Of a stretch of DNA of 64,000 nucleotides, positions 20,718-30,020 are shown one piece after another. The translations under genes were made by a program, and so were the position numbers. The stretch's first letter is position 1. Each line of letters begins with the position of its first letter. This stretch comes from a virus: IMG/VR virus record IMGVR_UViG_3300047562_003246, positions 96,001 to 160,000 of that record; one strand, written 5' to 3'. The notes below the pieces were generated by a model. That model ran no database searches and was not told where the DNA came from. It was given only the letters and a program-made list of their open reading frames with translations.

Positions 20718-21812
20718 CTAATCAACGGCATCGGAACCTAACGAGTCAATCAAAAGCGCCTGGAGGACAGTACTTCCAGGTGCTTTTTTCGTTTGCACCC
20801 TCGATTCTGATTTGTTATTGCTCTTGTCATCTTTTTTGCATGCGCAGGATCCTACAGAATTTTTGCACTTCTTGCAGGACTCCGGTTTCATATCTGCAGC
20901 TGCGGCTTTTTGCAGCTCAACCGGAATTTGATTCGCTTTCTTGGCAATCTCTTTGATGCGACTTGGGCCAAAGAAATTTTCAAGTTCGATGTACTGCAGG
21001 AACTTACCAGGAATGTTCGCAAACTCTGATTGCTTGTAGAACCCGCCTGCAAACGGATAGACCGGTTCGTCGTGCTGAATGATATCGTCCCACGGTGCTC
21101 CGTCAGGGCGAATCTGACAAGCAGCTTTAACGATTTCGGGTAAGCTTTCGTTAATCTCGATAAGATCTTCTTTGTCCAAGACAACTGTTGCAAACTTTTG
21201 TGTCATAAGCATTGTGGCGTTGTCGGTCTCGAAACCATCGAATACCAATCTTCCTCCGACGGCTCGGCTGAATCCTTCGAGATCAGATACGCCGCCGAAG
21301 CCTGCGATCTTGGTAATCCTTGGATCGGTTTCAGACTGTAACGTTGCGGTGATTCTCGTAGCTAGGTCGTGGGCATCGATAGCATCGATAGCCTTTGTCC
21401 CGGCTGCTTTAATTAACCACTGCTGCGCTGCGCGAGCTTCTTTAGCATTGCGAACGGGGTATTTTATGCTAGACGCTGCCGCTTTGTCCATAGCTTGCTT
21501 GTACTGCGAGATACTTGCAGTAAGATCATCTATGATACCGAAGTAACAGGCGCTTTTCATCAACCTATCTTTGACGGTAGGATTGGTACGGTTGTTTTCT
21601 TCCGCGTCCAAAGCGAAAGAAGCAAAACTCAACCAACACGCAGCTTTATTATGAGTTGGATAACGAAGCTGCGGTAATCGCTGCGCAAAGTATTGAGGCG
21701 ACAGCGAAGGGGGTGCCAAAGATTCGGGATCAGCTGTTTTGACGTACTCAGGTAATTCAAAAGCAGCCGCGATTTTGGTTAGGTTAGCTCCCGAAATTTC
21801 AGGCAGGATCAT
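20718..21812 (-). CDS. hypothetical protein (possibly head-associated)
   Basis: 364 aa minus-strand ORF with no competing long plus-strand ORF; C-terminal CKKC..CAC. Confidence 0.6.
   Translation of the reverse strand: MILPEISGANLTKIAAAFELPEYVKTADPESLAPPSLSPQYFAQRLPQLRYPTHNKAACWLSFASFALDAEENNRTNPTVKDRLMKSACYFGIIDDLTASISQYKQAMDKAAASSIKYPVRNAKEARAAQQWLIKAAGTKAIDAIDAHDLATRITATLQSETDPRITKIAGFGGVSDLEGFSRAVGGRLVFDGFETDNATMLMTQKFATVVLDKEDLIEINESLPEIVKAACQIRPDGAPWDDIIQHDEPVYPFAGGFYKQSEFANIPGKFLQYIELENFFGPSRIKEIAKKANQIPVELQKAAAADMKPESCKKCKNSVGSCACKKDDKSNNKSESRVQTKKAPGSTVLQALLIDSLGSDAVD
20752..20789 (+). terminator. rho-independent terminator
   Basis: AAAAGCGCCTGGA / TCCAGGTGCTTTT stem (one G.U pair) followed by a T run; ends the plus-strand block and overlaps the 3' end of the convergent minus-strand ORF. 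Confidence 0.75.
20842..20855 (+). repeat. dispersed motif, exact copy
   Basis: Inside minus-strand CDS 20718..21812, read as V-G-S-C-A. Confidence 0.9.
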
Positions 21813-21813
21813 T

Positions 21814-24366
21814 GTGATTTCTCTATTACGTGACTTAGATTTTCAAGCAATTGCTAGACACTTACAACTAAATATACAAAGATTTTCATTACCCACATCG
21901 TCCAATTGTCCTTTATGTCGTGTAGGTAAAGTCCGGTACCTTCAGGACATGTGTAGTGGAGGAGTAGTTTTTTGTTGCTCAAAATGCAATCAGTCTGGTG
22001 ACTTGATCGATCTACTGTCAAAGATCTGGAACAAAAACGACATGTCAGTTTGTTACGAGCTGCGTCGTTTGCAGCTCAGTCACATGGGTAACTTCGATCC
22101 GTTTAAAGTTGTCGAAGACAGAAGTAAGTTTAAGGCATTACTGCAGAAAAACGAAAGGGTACTGGCTACCATCATGAATCCTGGTTTGCGTGACAGTGGC
22201 GCAGCCCAGGTAGCTGTGCAGCGACTAGGTGTTCGCATCGTGCATTCTTACGTCGACACCAAGGATTACTGCCCAAATATTTTTGGTTGTGCGTCTAGAA
22301 GTCAAATCAAGGCGGCGGAACAAAAACTCTCGACCAAGAATATTAAGCACGATCTACGCAGCAGATCACAACGCCCAATGCTTGCTGTCCCTTTTAGAGA
22401 CCTACCTAACAGACTTGTTGGGTACACACTGATCGATCGAGACGAAGTAGAACTGCGACCTGATTCACTCAATTGCACGCTGAAGATTGGACAATACAGC
22501 GAAGACGGTGTAGCCTGTCATCCGTCTTTGTTCTTTGAGAATCGGGGTTCAATACTGATAACGACTAACGTGTTTATCGCCGTTCAGCTTTGGTCTAAAG
22601 CCGCGTTTCAAAACTACACTAAACTACCTTTGGTAGCTGCCAAAGAACAAACATCTTGTTGGCAATTGTTTGGCGACAAATTCAAAATAGTGTTAGCTTT
22701 TGGCAAAGCAGATCTATCGGCTATCAGGCTCGCAGTAAGACTAGACTGTCTGCTTTACGTCGCAGAGCTTAAAGGTACGTTTGAAAAGTGGATGCATAAC
22801 CTGCGTGTAAGCAGGTTACATAAAACAGCGCAGTCAGATAAAAAGCATTGGACGGAAGCTATCGCCAGCGTTGTTAATAAAATGCAACTCGACGAAGCGA
22901 GCGAGTACTTACTTAAACTTGGGCTGCAACCAGACGAACTTGATAGGCTCAAGCAAACTGGCAATACGAAGTTAATCAAAGCTATCAGATATTTTGGTAG
23001 CACGAACCATAATATTCGCTCAGTCAACTATCGTAGCGGCGTCATCGAACAATCTGCCGGTGCGTGGTACTTCTGCTACAAGAACAAAAAAGAGCAGATA
23101 TCTAATGCCATTATTACGCTCAAAGAGATAATCAATTACGGTAATCAGTCAATCGCCACTGTGATTATTCACTATCACGAAAAGGTTGTAGAGTTTCAAG
23201 TTGACTATGAAGAGTTTCAATCGAACACTTTTAAGATTATTCACAACCAGTGCTTGAAGAATCAGTTTACGTTTGTCGTACCTAAGCATTGGCAGTCAGC
23301 GTTGCATTCTGTGATGCTGCATTTCTACAAGCCTGACATTCGAGAAGGTGATGCTTTTGTTGGTTACGATCATGTGACGCGGAGCTGGACAACACCAACG
23401 CATACTGTTGTTAATAACAAAATTTATAAAAAGCCTCCGATGCCAGCTTGGATCGATATTCCTGGCAGTATGCGAGTTAAAAATGCAGGCTGGACAAAGC
23501 ATATACGTGGTAGTTCTCCTGTGGTTGTTGCGTCCATTATTGCTGCGGTCAAACAAGCAACATGTTCTGCTGTCGGGGCAGTCAAGCCTCCTCTATTTTT
23601 TACAGGGCACACTTCGCTTTTATGTATGCGAGAGTTGGCAGAAGCTTTGGGAGCTATGGTCGACGTTAAAGATGTACACGATTGGTTTGTTGTCAAAAAG
23701 TCGATCAACGAAAGTACGAAGCAACCATCTATTAAACAAATCGACCAGGCTTATATCGACTCTGCTTGGATGCTAGTTACCGATGCTCAAAGATGTTTCG
23801 GCGCATTTAACGGCGCGATGTCTTTACACGATGCAGGTAATGAATTATTTGTTCCACAAAACAACCATCGAGAATATCTAGCTACAGCGTTTCTGTATTT
23901 ACTTAAACATTGGCACGGAGAAACCGATATCGTTGATTACTGTTTAAAACGATTGGCGACTAGGAATATTCACTTCGTCAAGAAAAGCATTGAAGCATGT
24001 TTACACTTAGACGTAGATCCATGCACAGCGTTGGTAGCACTACTAAAGGAAATTCAAAGTCGCGGAACTTTACTCTATGGAACTGACGCCGAAGTCTCTA
24101 AGAAAACAAACGTCGTCCGCACCATGCCCGACAAGCGCACGGTCATTGTTCCGACCGCCGTGATCGAACGAGCAATTAATTCGATGTCGCTTGGCACCTA
24201 TGACTCCGTGAAAATTATTTACAGGTTGTCTAAGAGTCCAAGCTACAAAGGATTCGATAGGCTAAACGGCATGCAAGGTTGGCTTATAGATAAGTTGTTC
24301 TTTGACCAAGCAATAAACGATAAGCGTATCAAGGTTGACTCATTTCAGCTTAGAATCGTTGGCTAA
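21814..24366 (+). CDS. large Zn-finger primase-like / replication-associated protein
   Basis: ORF 21739..24366; GTG at 21814 avoids overlap. N-terminal CPLC..CSKC..GDLIDL resembles the CHC2 primase zinc finger; MLAVPF..LVGY segment; no clear catalytic TOPRIM acidic motif. Confidence 0.45.
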   Translation: MISLLRDLDFQAIARHLQLNIQRFSLPTSSNCPLCRVGKVRYLQDMCSGGVVFCCSKCNQSGDLIDLLSKIWNKNDMSVCYELRRLQLSHMGNFDPFKVVEDRSKFKALLQKNERVLATIMNPGLRDSGAAQVAVQRLGVRIVHSYVDTKDYCPNIFGCASRSQIKAAEQKLSTKNIKHDLRSRSQRPMLAVPFRDLPNRLVGYTLIDRDEVELRPDSLNCTLKIGQYSEDGVACHPSLFFENRGSILITTNVFIAVQLWSKAAFQNYTKLPLVAAKEQTSCWQLFGDKFKIVLAFGKADLSAIRLAVRLDCLLYVAELKGTFEKWMHNLRVSRLHKTAQSDKKHWTEAIASVVNKMQLDEASEYLLKLGLQPDELDRLKQTGNTKLIKAIRYFGSTNHNIRSVNYRSGVIEQSAGAWYFCYKNKKEQISNAIITLKEIINYGNQSIATVIIHYHEKVVEFQVDYEEFQSNTFKIIHNQCLKNQFTFVVPKHWQSALHSVMLHFYKPDIREGDAFVGYDHVTRSWTTPTHTVVNNKIYKKPPMPAWIDIPGSMRVKNAGWTKHIRGSSPVVVASIIAAVKQATCSAVGAVKPPLFFTGHTSLLCMRELAEALGAMVDVKDVHDWFVVKKSINESTKQPSIKQIDQAYIDSAWMLVTDAQRCFGAFNGAMSLHDAGNELFVPQNNHREYLATAFLYLLKHWHGETDIVDYCLKRLATRNIHFVKKSIEACLHLDVDPCTALVALLKEIQSRGTLLYGTDAEVSKKTNVVRTMPDKRTVIVPTAVIERAINSMSLGTYDSVKIIYRLSKSPSYKGFDRLNGMQGWLIDKLFFDQAINDKRIKVDSFQLRIVG

Positions 24367-24376
24367 ATTTTTAGCT

Positions 24377-24391
24377 ATTTTGCGCCATATA
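24377..24391. promoter_or_regulatory. intergenic 15-mer ATTTTGCGCCATATA (copy 1)
   Basis: Identical to 57947..57961; both copies sit just after a TAA stop and upstream of a hairpin. Confidence 0.5.
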
Positions 24392-24424
24392 TCTTTGCTT
24401 CACTATTAGCTAGTAACGCAGTCC

Positions 24425-24465
24425 AAAAAAAAAACATCAAATGAACTCCACTCATTTGATGTTTT
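24425..24465 (-). terminator. perfect 14-bp hairpin, probable minus-strand (or bidirectional) terminator
   Basis: AAAACATCAAATGA / TCATTTGATGTTTT with a 7-nt loop; the A run at 24425-24430 gives a U tract on the minus strand. Confidence 0.55.
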
Positions 24466-24523
24466 ATTTGCAGCATTACTTGCGATGGAGTCTTCCAATT
24501 TTTTTAACTACCAAAGGAATGCC

Positions 24524-25258
24524 ATGGGCAACGAACAGCAAAAACCCAAAGATCCGCAAAACCAACATGCAGAGGAGTTATCGCAGCTATACGCAAAACT
24601 GCAAGAGGTATCTCGGGCTATCCGAAAAATAGAATCTGAGCAGCATATTTATTTTGGAGAAGATGTTGCCAAAGAGATATGCGAGCAATCGTTCATAAAA
24701 GCAAACAACCAAGAAAAATTCAGAGTCGATCAAACTATCGAGCGTAATTTTTACACGGCAATGTCGTACTTAGTTCTCTCTGTTATGGAGGGAAAAATGA
24801 GTCACAGTTTAGCTCTTCGATGTATACCTACGCTTTTAGACAAAGCACTAACAGAACTGATGGCTACAAAAATGGCCTCAGTTCTTACGTCTTCGCTGCA
24901 GGAAAACTACCCAGCGATAGCTACACTTATCGAGTTTCGCGTTCCGTTTCCTTACTCAGAAACATCGACTTGTCCTGTGTTTGTGAGCGTGGCAGGTCCT
25001 CCTGAAAACAGATATCACTCTCTCGGCATTCTTGGAATATTAAACGGCATGCTGGCAGAGTCGCAAAAAGTTAACGACGTTCCCATCCCAAAGATATTAC
25101 TTGAAGCTGTCTACGGTGAATTCGAACACGCTGATGGACAAAAAGAAAGCGGTTTAATCGCATTTGCTATAAAGTCCATGACTCCGAAACAACAAGAGAC
25201 AACAGATGCTGTGCTCTTAGGAGACGAGGCTGAACCTTTAGACGATGCGATAAATTAA
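24524..25258 (+). CDS. hypothetical protein
   Basis: ORF 24485..25258; AAAGGA Shine-Dalgarno precedes the ATG at 24524. Confidence 0.65.
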   Translation: MGNEQQKPKDPQNQHAEELSQLYAKLQEVSRAIRKIESEQHIYFGEDVAKEICEQSFIKANNQEKFRVDQTIERNFYTAMSYLVLSVMEGKMSHSLALRCIPTLLDKALTELMATKMASVLTSSLQENYPAIATLIEFRVPFPYSETSTCPVFVSVAGPPENRYHSLGILGILNGMLAESQKVNDVPIPKILLEAVYGEFEHADGQKESGLIAFAIKSMTPKQQETTDAVLLGDEAEPLDDAIN

Positions 25259-27192
25259 ACACCAAGTGCTTCCCAAATTTCTTTAACGCGGCTGCTTAAA
25301 CTCTCAGAAAGAATGAAGCTTCCATCGTTTAACGCAGCTGCGTCTTGTGGTGTAAAGAAATCATCCAGCATCAGGTTGATATCCGGATAACCGAACTGGT
25401 GCCAAATTGCAACCGTCCCAAAGTTGACAGCATTTGCAAAATCATCACTAGTACCTACTAACTTTGTGATAATCGAGAACGAACCACCACCAGCTCTTTC
25501 TATCTGTTCTTGCTTAAGGTTAGTAAAGTCAGACAACAAGGCTCGTCCCATTGTTTGCAGCGTATCTTTTTCGTCACCCATGTACGGATTGAAGAATCGA
25601 ACCCTGCCAGCTTTGATAGCCTGAGCGAGTAATATCAAGCTTCTTGTTTTATCTAGTGTGTAATAAACACCTTCACCTGTTTCAGGATTGGATGCGTGTC
25701 TGCAAAATAATTCTTGTTTTAGGTTTGCGCCGTATCCAATACGAAAAATATTTGTATGTACAGAGGCTTGCATTTTCATAATCATTTCAGAAAAGTAACC
25801 GCCGTTACCTGTGTCGTAGGCAAGCCCATTACATCTGAATCGATTGAGTGTTTCAAGCACCATGCGAGTTTCTAATTGTCTGTCTAATGGGTTAGCGTTT
25901 TCCCAGCCCCATAAGACATCCACAGTACCGTGGTGCGATAGACCAAGCACAGCTATTTTTGTTCGAGAAAGCGGAGCAGGTCCTGCGTCATTTTTGTCTA
26001 GATACTTTAGCGAACCACCACCCCAGTCAATCGCCAACATGCGATAAGAATAATCTTGCACTAAATCTTTGGCGCGATTGACATTGTAGGGAATCCTCAA
26101 ATTAGCTGCTCGCTTGATATCCATTTCACCAAGCAGACCTGCCCCTGAGTCAAACGGTTCTCCGTAGACTTCGTTGTAAAGTCTGTACTTAGGTAACAAT
26201 GGATCTTTGACAAGCTGAATAATCTGCGCCCAGCGAGTTTGACTTTGATTGTGCCAAGGCATGATGGGTTGAGGAATATGGATACCTCGTTTTGTGAACC
26301 ATCGATCAGGATATCTAGATTGCCAGTGACCGTCTTGAACAAAGATAGGTTCTTTGCATTTAGCACAAATAATACCAGGACGCTCTGGACTGATGTCTGG
26401 TCGCCACGGACCAATCATTTTTTCAAGATCGTATTCAACGCTGCAAATGTTTTCTTTTTTGCACGTCTTGTTTCTACATGGAATTACCCATTCACTTTGG
26501 CTGCTTTCTTTCCACTTATGTTGCAGCGTACCATTAAGAGTGAGTGGTGTTCCGCTGTAAACTTCGTAGTTGCCATGCTCGCTACCGTCCATCGTACGCT
26601 GAATAACGTCAATCACATCTAGTAATGTCAGCTGGACTTCGTCAATACGAATCTTGCGAGCACTAAGACCACGAACACGGTTCGCATCGTTGTATGCGTA
26701 AGCTAAAACAATGGTTGACTTGTTTGGAAAAGATCTCTGCAAAACTTGGTTAGCAGCTTTACGATCTATCAGCATCTTTTTGACCGGTGAATCTTCGATC
26801 ATTGGCTGAATGTAAATCGAACTAAGACGCCGAATCATTTCAAAAAATGGCATCACGTAAAGTGTCTTGTAGTTATCGACCATCACAGACTCGATGATCA
26901 TTTCAAGCACGTTGTGAAACGTCTTACCAGTTTGCCGAGCGCACATTTTGACCATGAGCATAACCATGTCCATGTCAAAACAGACTTCAAACGGAAAGTG
27001 TTTCTCTAGTGTGACTTGCTTACCTTCGTATCGAAAAAGTAACGGCAGCAGAGGTGCATAATTTCGCTGATCGCCGCTAAGCTGGAATAATGTAACAAGC
27101 GGTATTAGATCTGGATTAGCGTCAGCAGCTTTCTTACACCAAAGCAGCGCTGGGTTTTCCGGATTGCTAAAGTCTACAGGTTGGATAGCCAT
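25255..27192 (-). CDS. terL: terminase large subunit (GpA-like)
   Basis: Walker A-like ARQTGKT, Walker B VRGLSARKIRIDEVQ, coupling motif YSGTP, Zn-binding Cys pairs, nuclease motifs LAIDWGG and DDFANA. Confidence 0.9.
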   Translation of the reverse strand: MAIQPVDFSNPENPALLWCKKAADANPDLIPLVTLFQLSGDQRNYAPLLPLLFRYEGKQVTLEKHFPFEVCFDMDMVMLMVKMCARQTGKTFHNVLEMIIESVMVDNYKTLYVMPFFEMIRRLSSIYIQPMIEDSPVKKMLIDRKAANQVLQRSFPNKSTIVLAYAYNDANRVRGLSARKIRIDEVQLTLLDVIDVIQRTMDGSEHGNYEVYSGTPLTLNGTLQHKWKESSQSEWVIPCRNKTCKKENICSVEYDLEKMIGPWRPDISPERPGIICAKCKEPIFVQDGHWQSRYPDRWFTKRGIHIPQPIMPWHNQSQTRWAQIIQLVKDPLLPKYRLYNEVYGEPFDSGAGLLGEMDIKRAANLRIPYNVNRAKDLVQDYSYRMLAIDWGGGSLKYLDKNDAGPAPLSRTKIAVLGLSHHGTVDVLWGWENANPLDRQLETRMVLETLNRFRCNGLAYDTGNGGYFSEMIMKMQASVHTNIFRIGYGANLKQELFCRHASNPETGEGVYYTLDKTRSLILLAQAIKAGRVRFFNPYMGDEKDTLQTMGRALLSDFTNLKQEQIERAGGGSFSIITKLVGTSDDFANAVNFGTVAIWHQFGYPDINLMLDDFFTPQDAAALNDGSFILSESLSSRVKEIWEALGV

Positions 27193-27209
27193 CAGTCATC
27201 AACGTGAAA

Positions 27210-27416
27210 GTAATGAACGAACCTAGATACAACACACAGACTGACACGATTATCAATCTTGGCGAACTCTATCCTAGCGGCAAACATGTCGGCGATAGAA
27301 CAAACCAAGAGCGTATCAAACAACTTATAGATTTACAAGATAAAGGTGTGATACTAACACCTGCCGCTAGGGAAGAAATAAAGCAGTATCTTAAAAACAG
27401 AGTATCCACAGAATAG
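27210..27416 (+). CDS. small hypothetical protein
   Basis: ORF 27204..27416 (GTG), with an ATG at 27210. Confidence 0.5.
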   Translation, partial: VMNEPRYNTQTDTIINLGELYPSGKHVGDRTNQERIKQLIDLQDKGVILTPAAREEIKQYLKNRVSTE

Positions 27417-27419
27417 TCC

Positions 27420-27746
27420 TTGCGTAACGGCATACACCGTGTAGTTGTATGCGACAGCCGCATGTCCTCTGCTGGAGAGAGTGTCGTGGGAAAGTATGCC
27501 AACGACAGAAAAGCCCTGGAAGATCGCTTGATTCAACCAGGCAACCCCGAGGTTTCAGAAGCAACGTATGTAACATGCGCTGCGATGATCGGATTGGGTT
27601 ATGTTTTTGGAAGTGGACTTCTTGCTATCGTTGGTCTCGGTGCGCTCGTAGCGCGCGTCATTGTTGAAAGTCAACATGACTTGAGACAACGAGCAGCGGC
27701 TCAATCTTCCAAAAATCAACATGACTCTAACAATCAGCAGCCTTGA
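27420..27746 (+). CDS. small membrane protein
   Basis: Hydrophobic stretch AAMIGLGYVFGSGLLAIVGLGALVA; start may be the ATG at 27462. Confidence 0.5.
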   Translation: MRNGIHRVVVCDSRMSSAGESVVGKYANDRKALEDRLIQPGNPEVSEATYVTCAAMIGLGYVFGSGLLAIVGLGALVARVIVESQHDLRQRAAAQSSKNQHDSNNQQP

Positions 27747-28092
27747 ACTTCTGATAGCGATCCTCGGCGTTTGTCAAATTCTCGAAGTTTGGCGGCACGG
27801 TTCTATCTGTGCAGAATTTAAAGCCAAACTAGAAGCGGGATATTACATGTCCCCAGATAGTTTTCTAGTCAGATTACTCATGTGTAATTTCTGTCTGAGC
27901 GTCTGGGTGACAGGAGTGGTCGTCTTACTATTAGTTCTTCGACCACTCTTTCATGAATACGTAGCAAACGTAATCACGTTTTTGATATTGGTAGCAGGGT
28001 TGACGCGGGCATCTAATTTGTTACATGATGTTACCCGTCCCTGGAGTCGTACACCAAACTCAAAAGCTGTTGAAGAGAACAGCAAAAAATAA
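27721..28092 (+). CDS. DUF1360-like membrane protein
   Basis: LLMCNFCLSVWV motif between predicted transmembrane segments. Confidence 0.55.
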   Translation: MTLTISSLELLIAILGVCQILEVWRHGSICAEFKAKLEAGYYMSPDSFLVRLLMCNFCLSVWVTGVVVLLLVLRPLFHEYVANVITFLILVAGLTRASNLLHDVTRPWSRTPNSKAVEENSKK

Positions 28093-28098
28093 GTGAGA

Positions 28099-28133
28099 AG
28101 AGCCGCACAAGGTCACCAGTCTTGTGCGGCTCT
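28099..28133. other. perfect 13-bp inverted repeat upstream of the HUH-like gene (terminator or nick-site hairpin)
   Basis: AGAGCCGCACAAG-gtcaccagt-CTTGTGCGGCTCT; no clean U tract on the plus strand. Confidence 0.7.
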
Positions 28134-28188
28134 GATTTTGACTTCAGGCTAATTTCCCAACCCCAAAGCCAAACCTCAATCAATCACT

Positions 28189-29229
28189 ATGAATGTACCC
28201 GACAGGAAGTCTCGGGTCAAGAGCGTTCTCTCGCGATCCGTCAAAGAATTCGAAGAAATACAAAAGATAACAGGAGCTAAAAACCTACCTAAGTTCGAAC
28301 TGCTGATGCAAAACAAAGCACGAATTGTCCAGCAAACCAAAGCTGTTCTAGAAGAATCTTGGAACAATAGACTAGATGCTATATACCGAGGCGACATAGC
28401 GGACTCCCGCATGTTTCCTATCAAAGAGTTTCACGACAGACTCAACGATGTGGAACGCTGCTGCACAGAGTACACACGTTATGGTCCTGTGTTTGCGTGC
28501 CAGCAAAGTCTCGCATGTCCCATCTGTAACAGCCACGCTGCGTACGCTTTTGCTTCTCAAAGAACAGCGATGCTTTTTGAACAACTTGGAAAAGTAGATT
28601 ACGTCAAAGTTTTCGAAATCGTAATTAACTTTGGCGATGTGTACATGAGTTTTGCTCCAGAACGATTCGACGAACTTAGCCAAGTGCGAACAGACATACG
28701 AGACTTCTTCGCTAAACGCGATAAAGCTTTTCTGCTACAGGGTTCGAAACGAGGCTATCCAAAAACGTATCGACTACTCGATATGTTCATTCACTCTGCA
28801 CCGTCAACAGTAAACACGCAAATGATCTTCCCGCATCTGCATGTTGTCGGCGTACCTGTATCCACAAGAACAACGCTAGATGATTTTGTCGACGCAGTAT
28901 ACGCCGCTTGCAAAAACTGGAATATTCAGGCTGGGGTAAATTTTTCACCTTCAGAAACTTTCTACGCGAAAAAAGCTTCAGGCAAAAAAACAAAAAACAC
29001 CAAAGACTTTTTCAGAAAGATGCACTACTTAGCGAGGTGTATTAAACCAAGTAGTCACAACGGTAATTCGTATCTGAGCACCGTGACAAGCGTACCTAGA
29101 ATCTTGCGGCAGCGAACAAGTAAATCAGGTACCACAGTGAGCGAGCAATACCGAAAAATTAAAGCTGCTGGTAACGCCAAAATAATCGCTAGGTTTGATA
29201 GCCAGGTTTCACAGTTCCGAATAGTGTAG
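28189..29229 (+). CDS. putative HUH endonuclease, rolling-circle Rep-like
   Basis: C..C-x5-CPIC zinc cluster, hydrophobic motif-I-like FEIVINF, HUH motif FPHLHVV (28834-28842), and downstream candidate catalytic Tyr in KMHYLARCIK (29026), in the order seen in Rep_1/IS91-type enzymes. Confidence 0.6.
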   Translation: MNVPDRKSRVKSVLSRSVKEFEEIQKITGAKNLPKFELLMQNKARIVQQTKAVLEESWNNRLDAIYRGDIADSRMFPIKEFHDRLNDVERCCTEYTRYGPVFACQQSLACPICNSHAAYAFASQRTAMLFEQLGKVDYVKVFEIVINFGDVYMSFAPERFDELSQVRTDIRDFFAKRDKAFLLQGSKRGYPKTYRLLDMFIHSAPSTVNTQMIFPHLHVVGVPVSTRTTLDDFVDAVYAACKNWNIQAGVNFSPSETFYAKKASGKKTKNTKDFFRKMHYLARCIKPSSHNGNSYLSTVTSVPRILRQRTSKSGTTVSEQYRKIKAAGNAKIIARFDSQVSQFRIV

Positions 29230-29239
29230 GATCCTGCGC
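29226..29239 (-). repeat. dispersed motif, exact copy
   Basis: Plus strand GTAGGATCCTGCGC; supplies the TAG stop of the HUH-like gene. Confidence 0.9.
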
Positions 29240-29447
29240 AGTCGCTTAGGTAACTCAAAATGCGGCAGTCCTACTACTAATGGAAACAATTCCTCTAGGC
29301 GCGAAAAGTTTTTATAAAACAAATCGCGAATTTTCAAAATTTCATTGGGTTTTTTGGAACTTGTTCAGCAATCCCCATCAGGAGTATCTACCCTTGTCCA
29401 CACAAACCTTCAGACACACGCACTCAAACCCACACATCACTGCAATT

Positions 29448-29714
29448 ATGAAAGTAATAACCTCTTGGTCCACTGTGAAACCCAACGACCGAATCATCTG
29501 CAAAGTATCCGTATTCGAACCGACTCTTATCCCTGATCAAAAACCCGGTAGTTGCTACTACCTCCGAATCACTTCAGTAAACCAAACCGATACTGACTTC
29601 GTCTTTGATACCCAGTACGAAAACCAAAACTTCGAACCTATTCCAGGCTTAACCAAACTACTCACCATCCCGCTTGGCGAAGATAACCGCTTCATAGTTC
29701 TTCGTAAGCCGTAA
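29448..29714 (+). CDS. small hypothetical protein
   Basis: ORF 29280..29714; protein-like from MKVITSW onward. Confidence 0.5.
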   Translation: MKVITSWSTVKPNDRIICKVSVFEPTLIPDQKPGSCYYLRITSVNQTDTDFVFDTQYENQNFEPIPGLTKLLTIPLGEDNRFIVLRKP

Positions 29715-29745
29715 TGCTTTTAACTCTCGCACACAAACTTGTAGC

Positions 29746-30020
29746 ATGCCAAAAGTAAACCAACCCAAATACGACATACCTACCGACCTACCAACCTACT
29801 GAATCTGCTTAAAGCAAACTGCTCTGTACACACAATCATCCAGTACAAAAACGGACGCATCTGGCTTTACTGCCACAACCATGCCTACGATCACAACGGC
29901 GTACTCGCCGATAACTACCTGCGACAACTAATAAACCAGTTGCCTCCAGGCTCACTTGCAGGTCACGACAATAGCCCAGCACTGTTCAACCTCAGAAACA
30001 GACACGGCAAACGAATTTAG
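29746..30020 (+). pseudogene. small ORF interrupted by a 1-nt frameshift near 29799
   Basis: ATG at 29746 reads MPKVNQPKYDIPTDLPTY then TGA at 29800; the -1 frame continues LNLLKANC..RHGKRI to TAG at 30018-30020 and has no ATG of its own. Confidence 0.35.

Noticed and set aside
20752-20789. Hairpin as terminator of the minus-strand gene
   Set aside because: On the minus strand it would end the mRNA before the stop codon at 20718; it is better explained as the plus-strand terminator.
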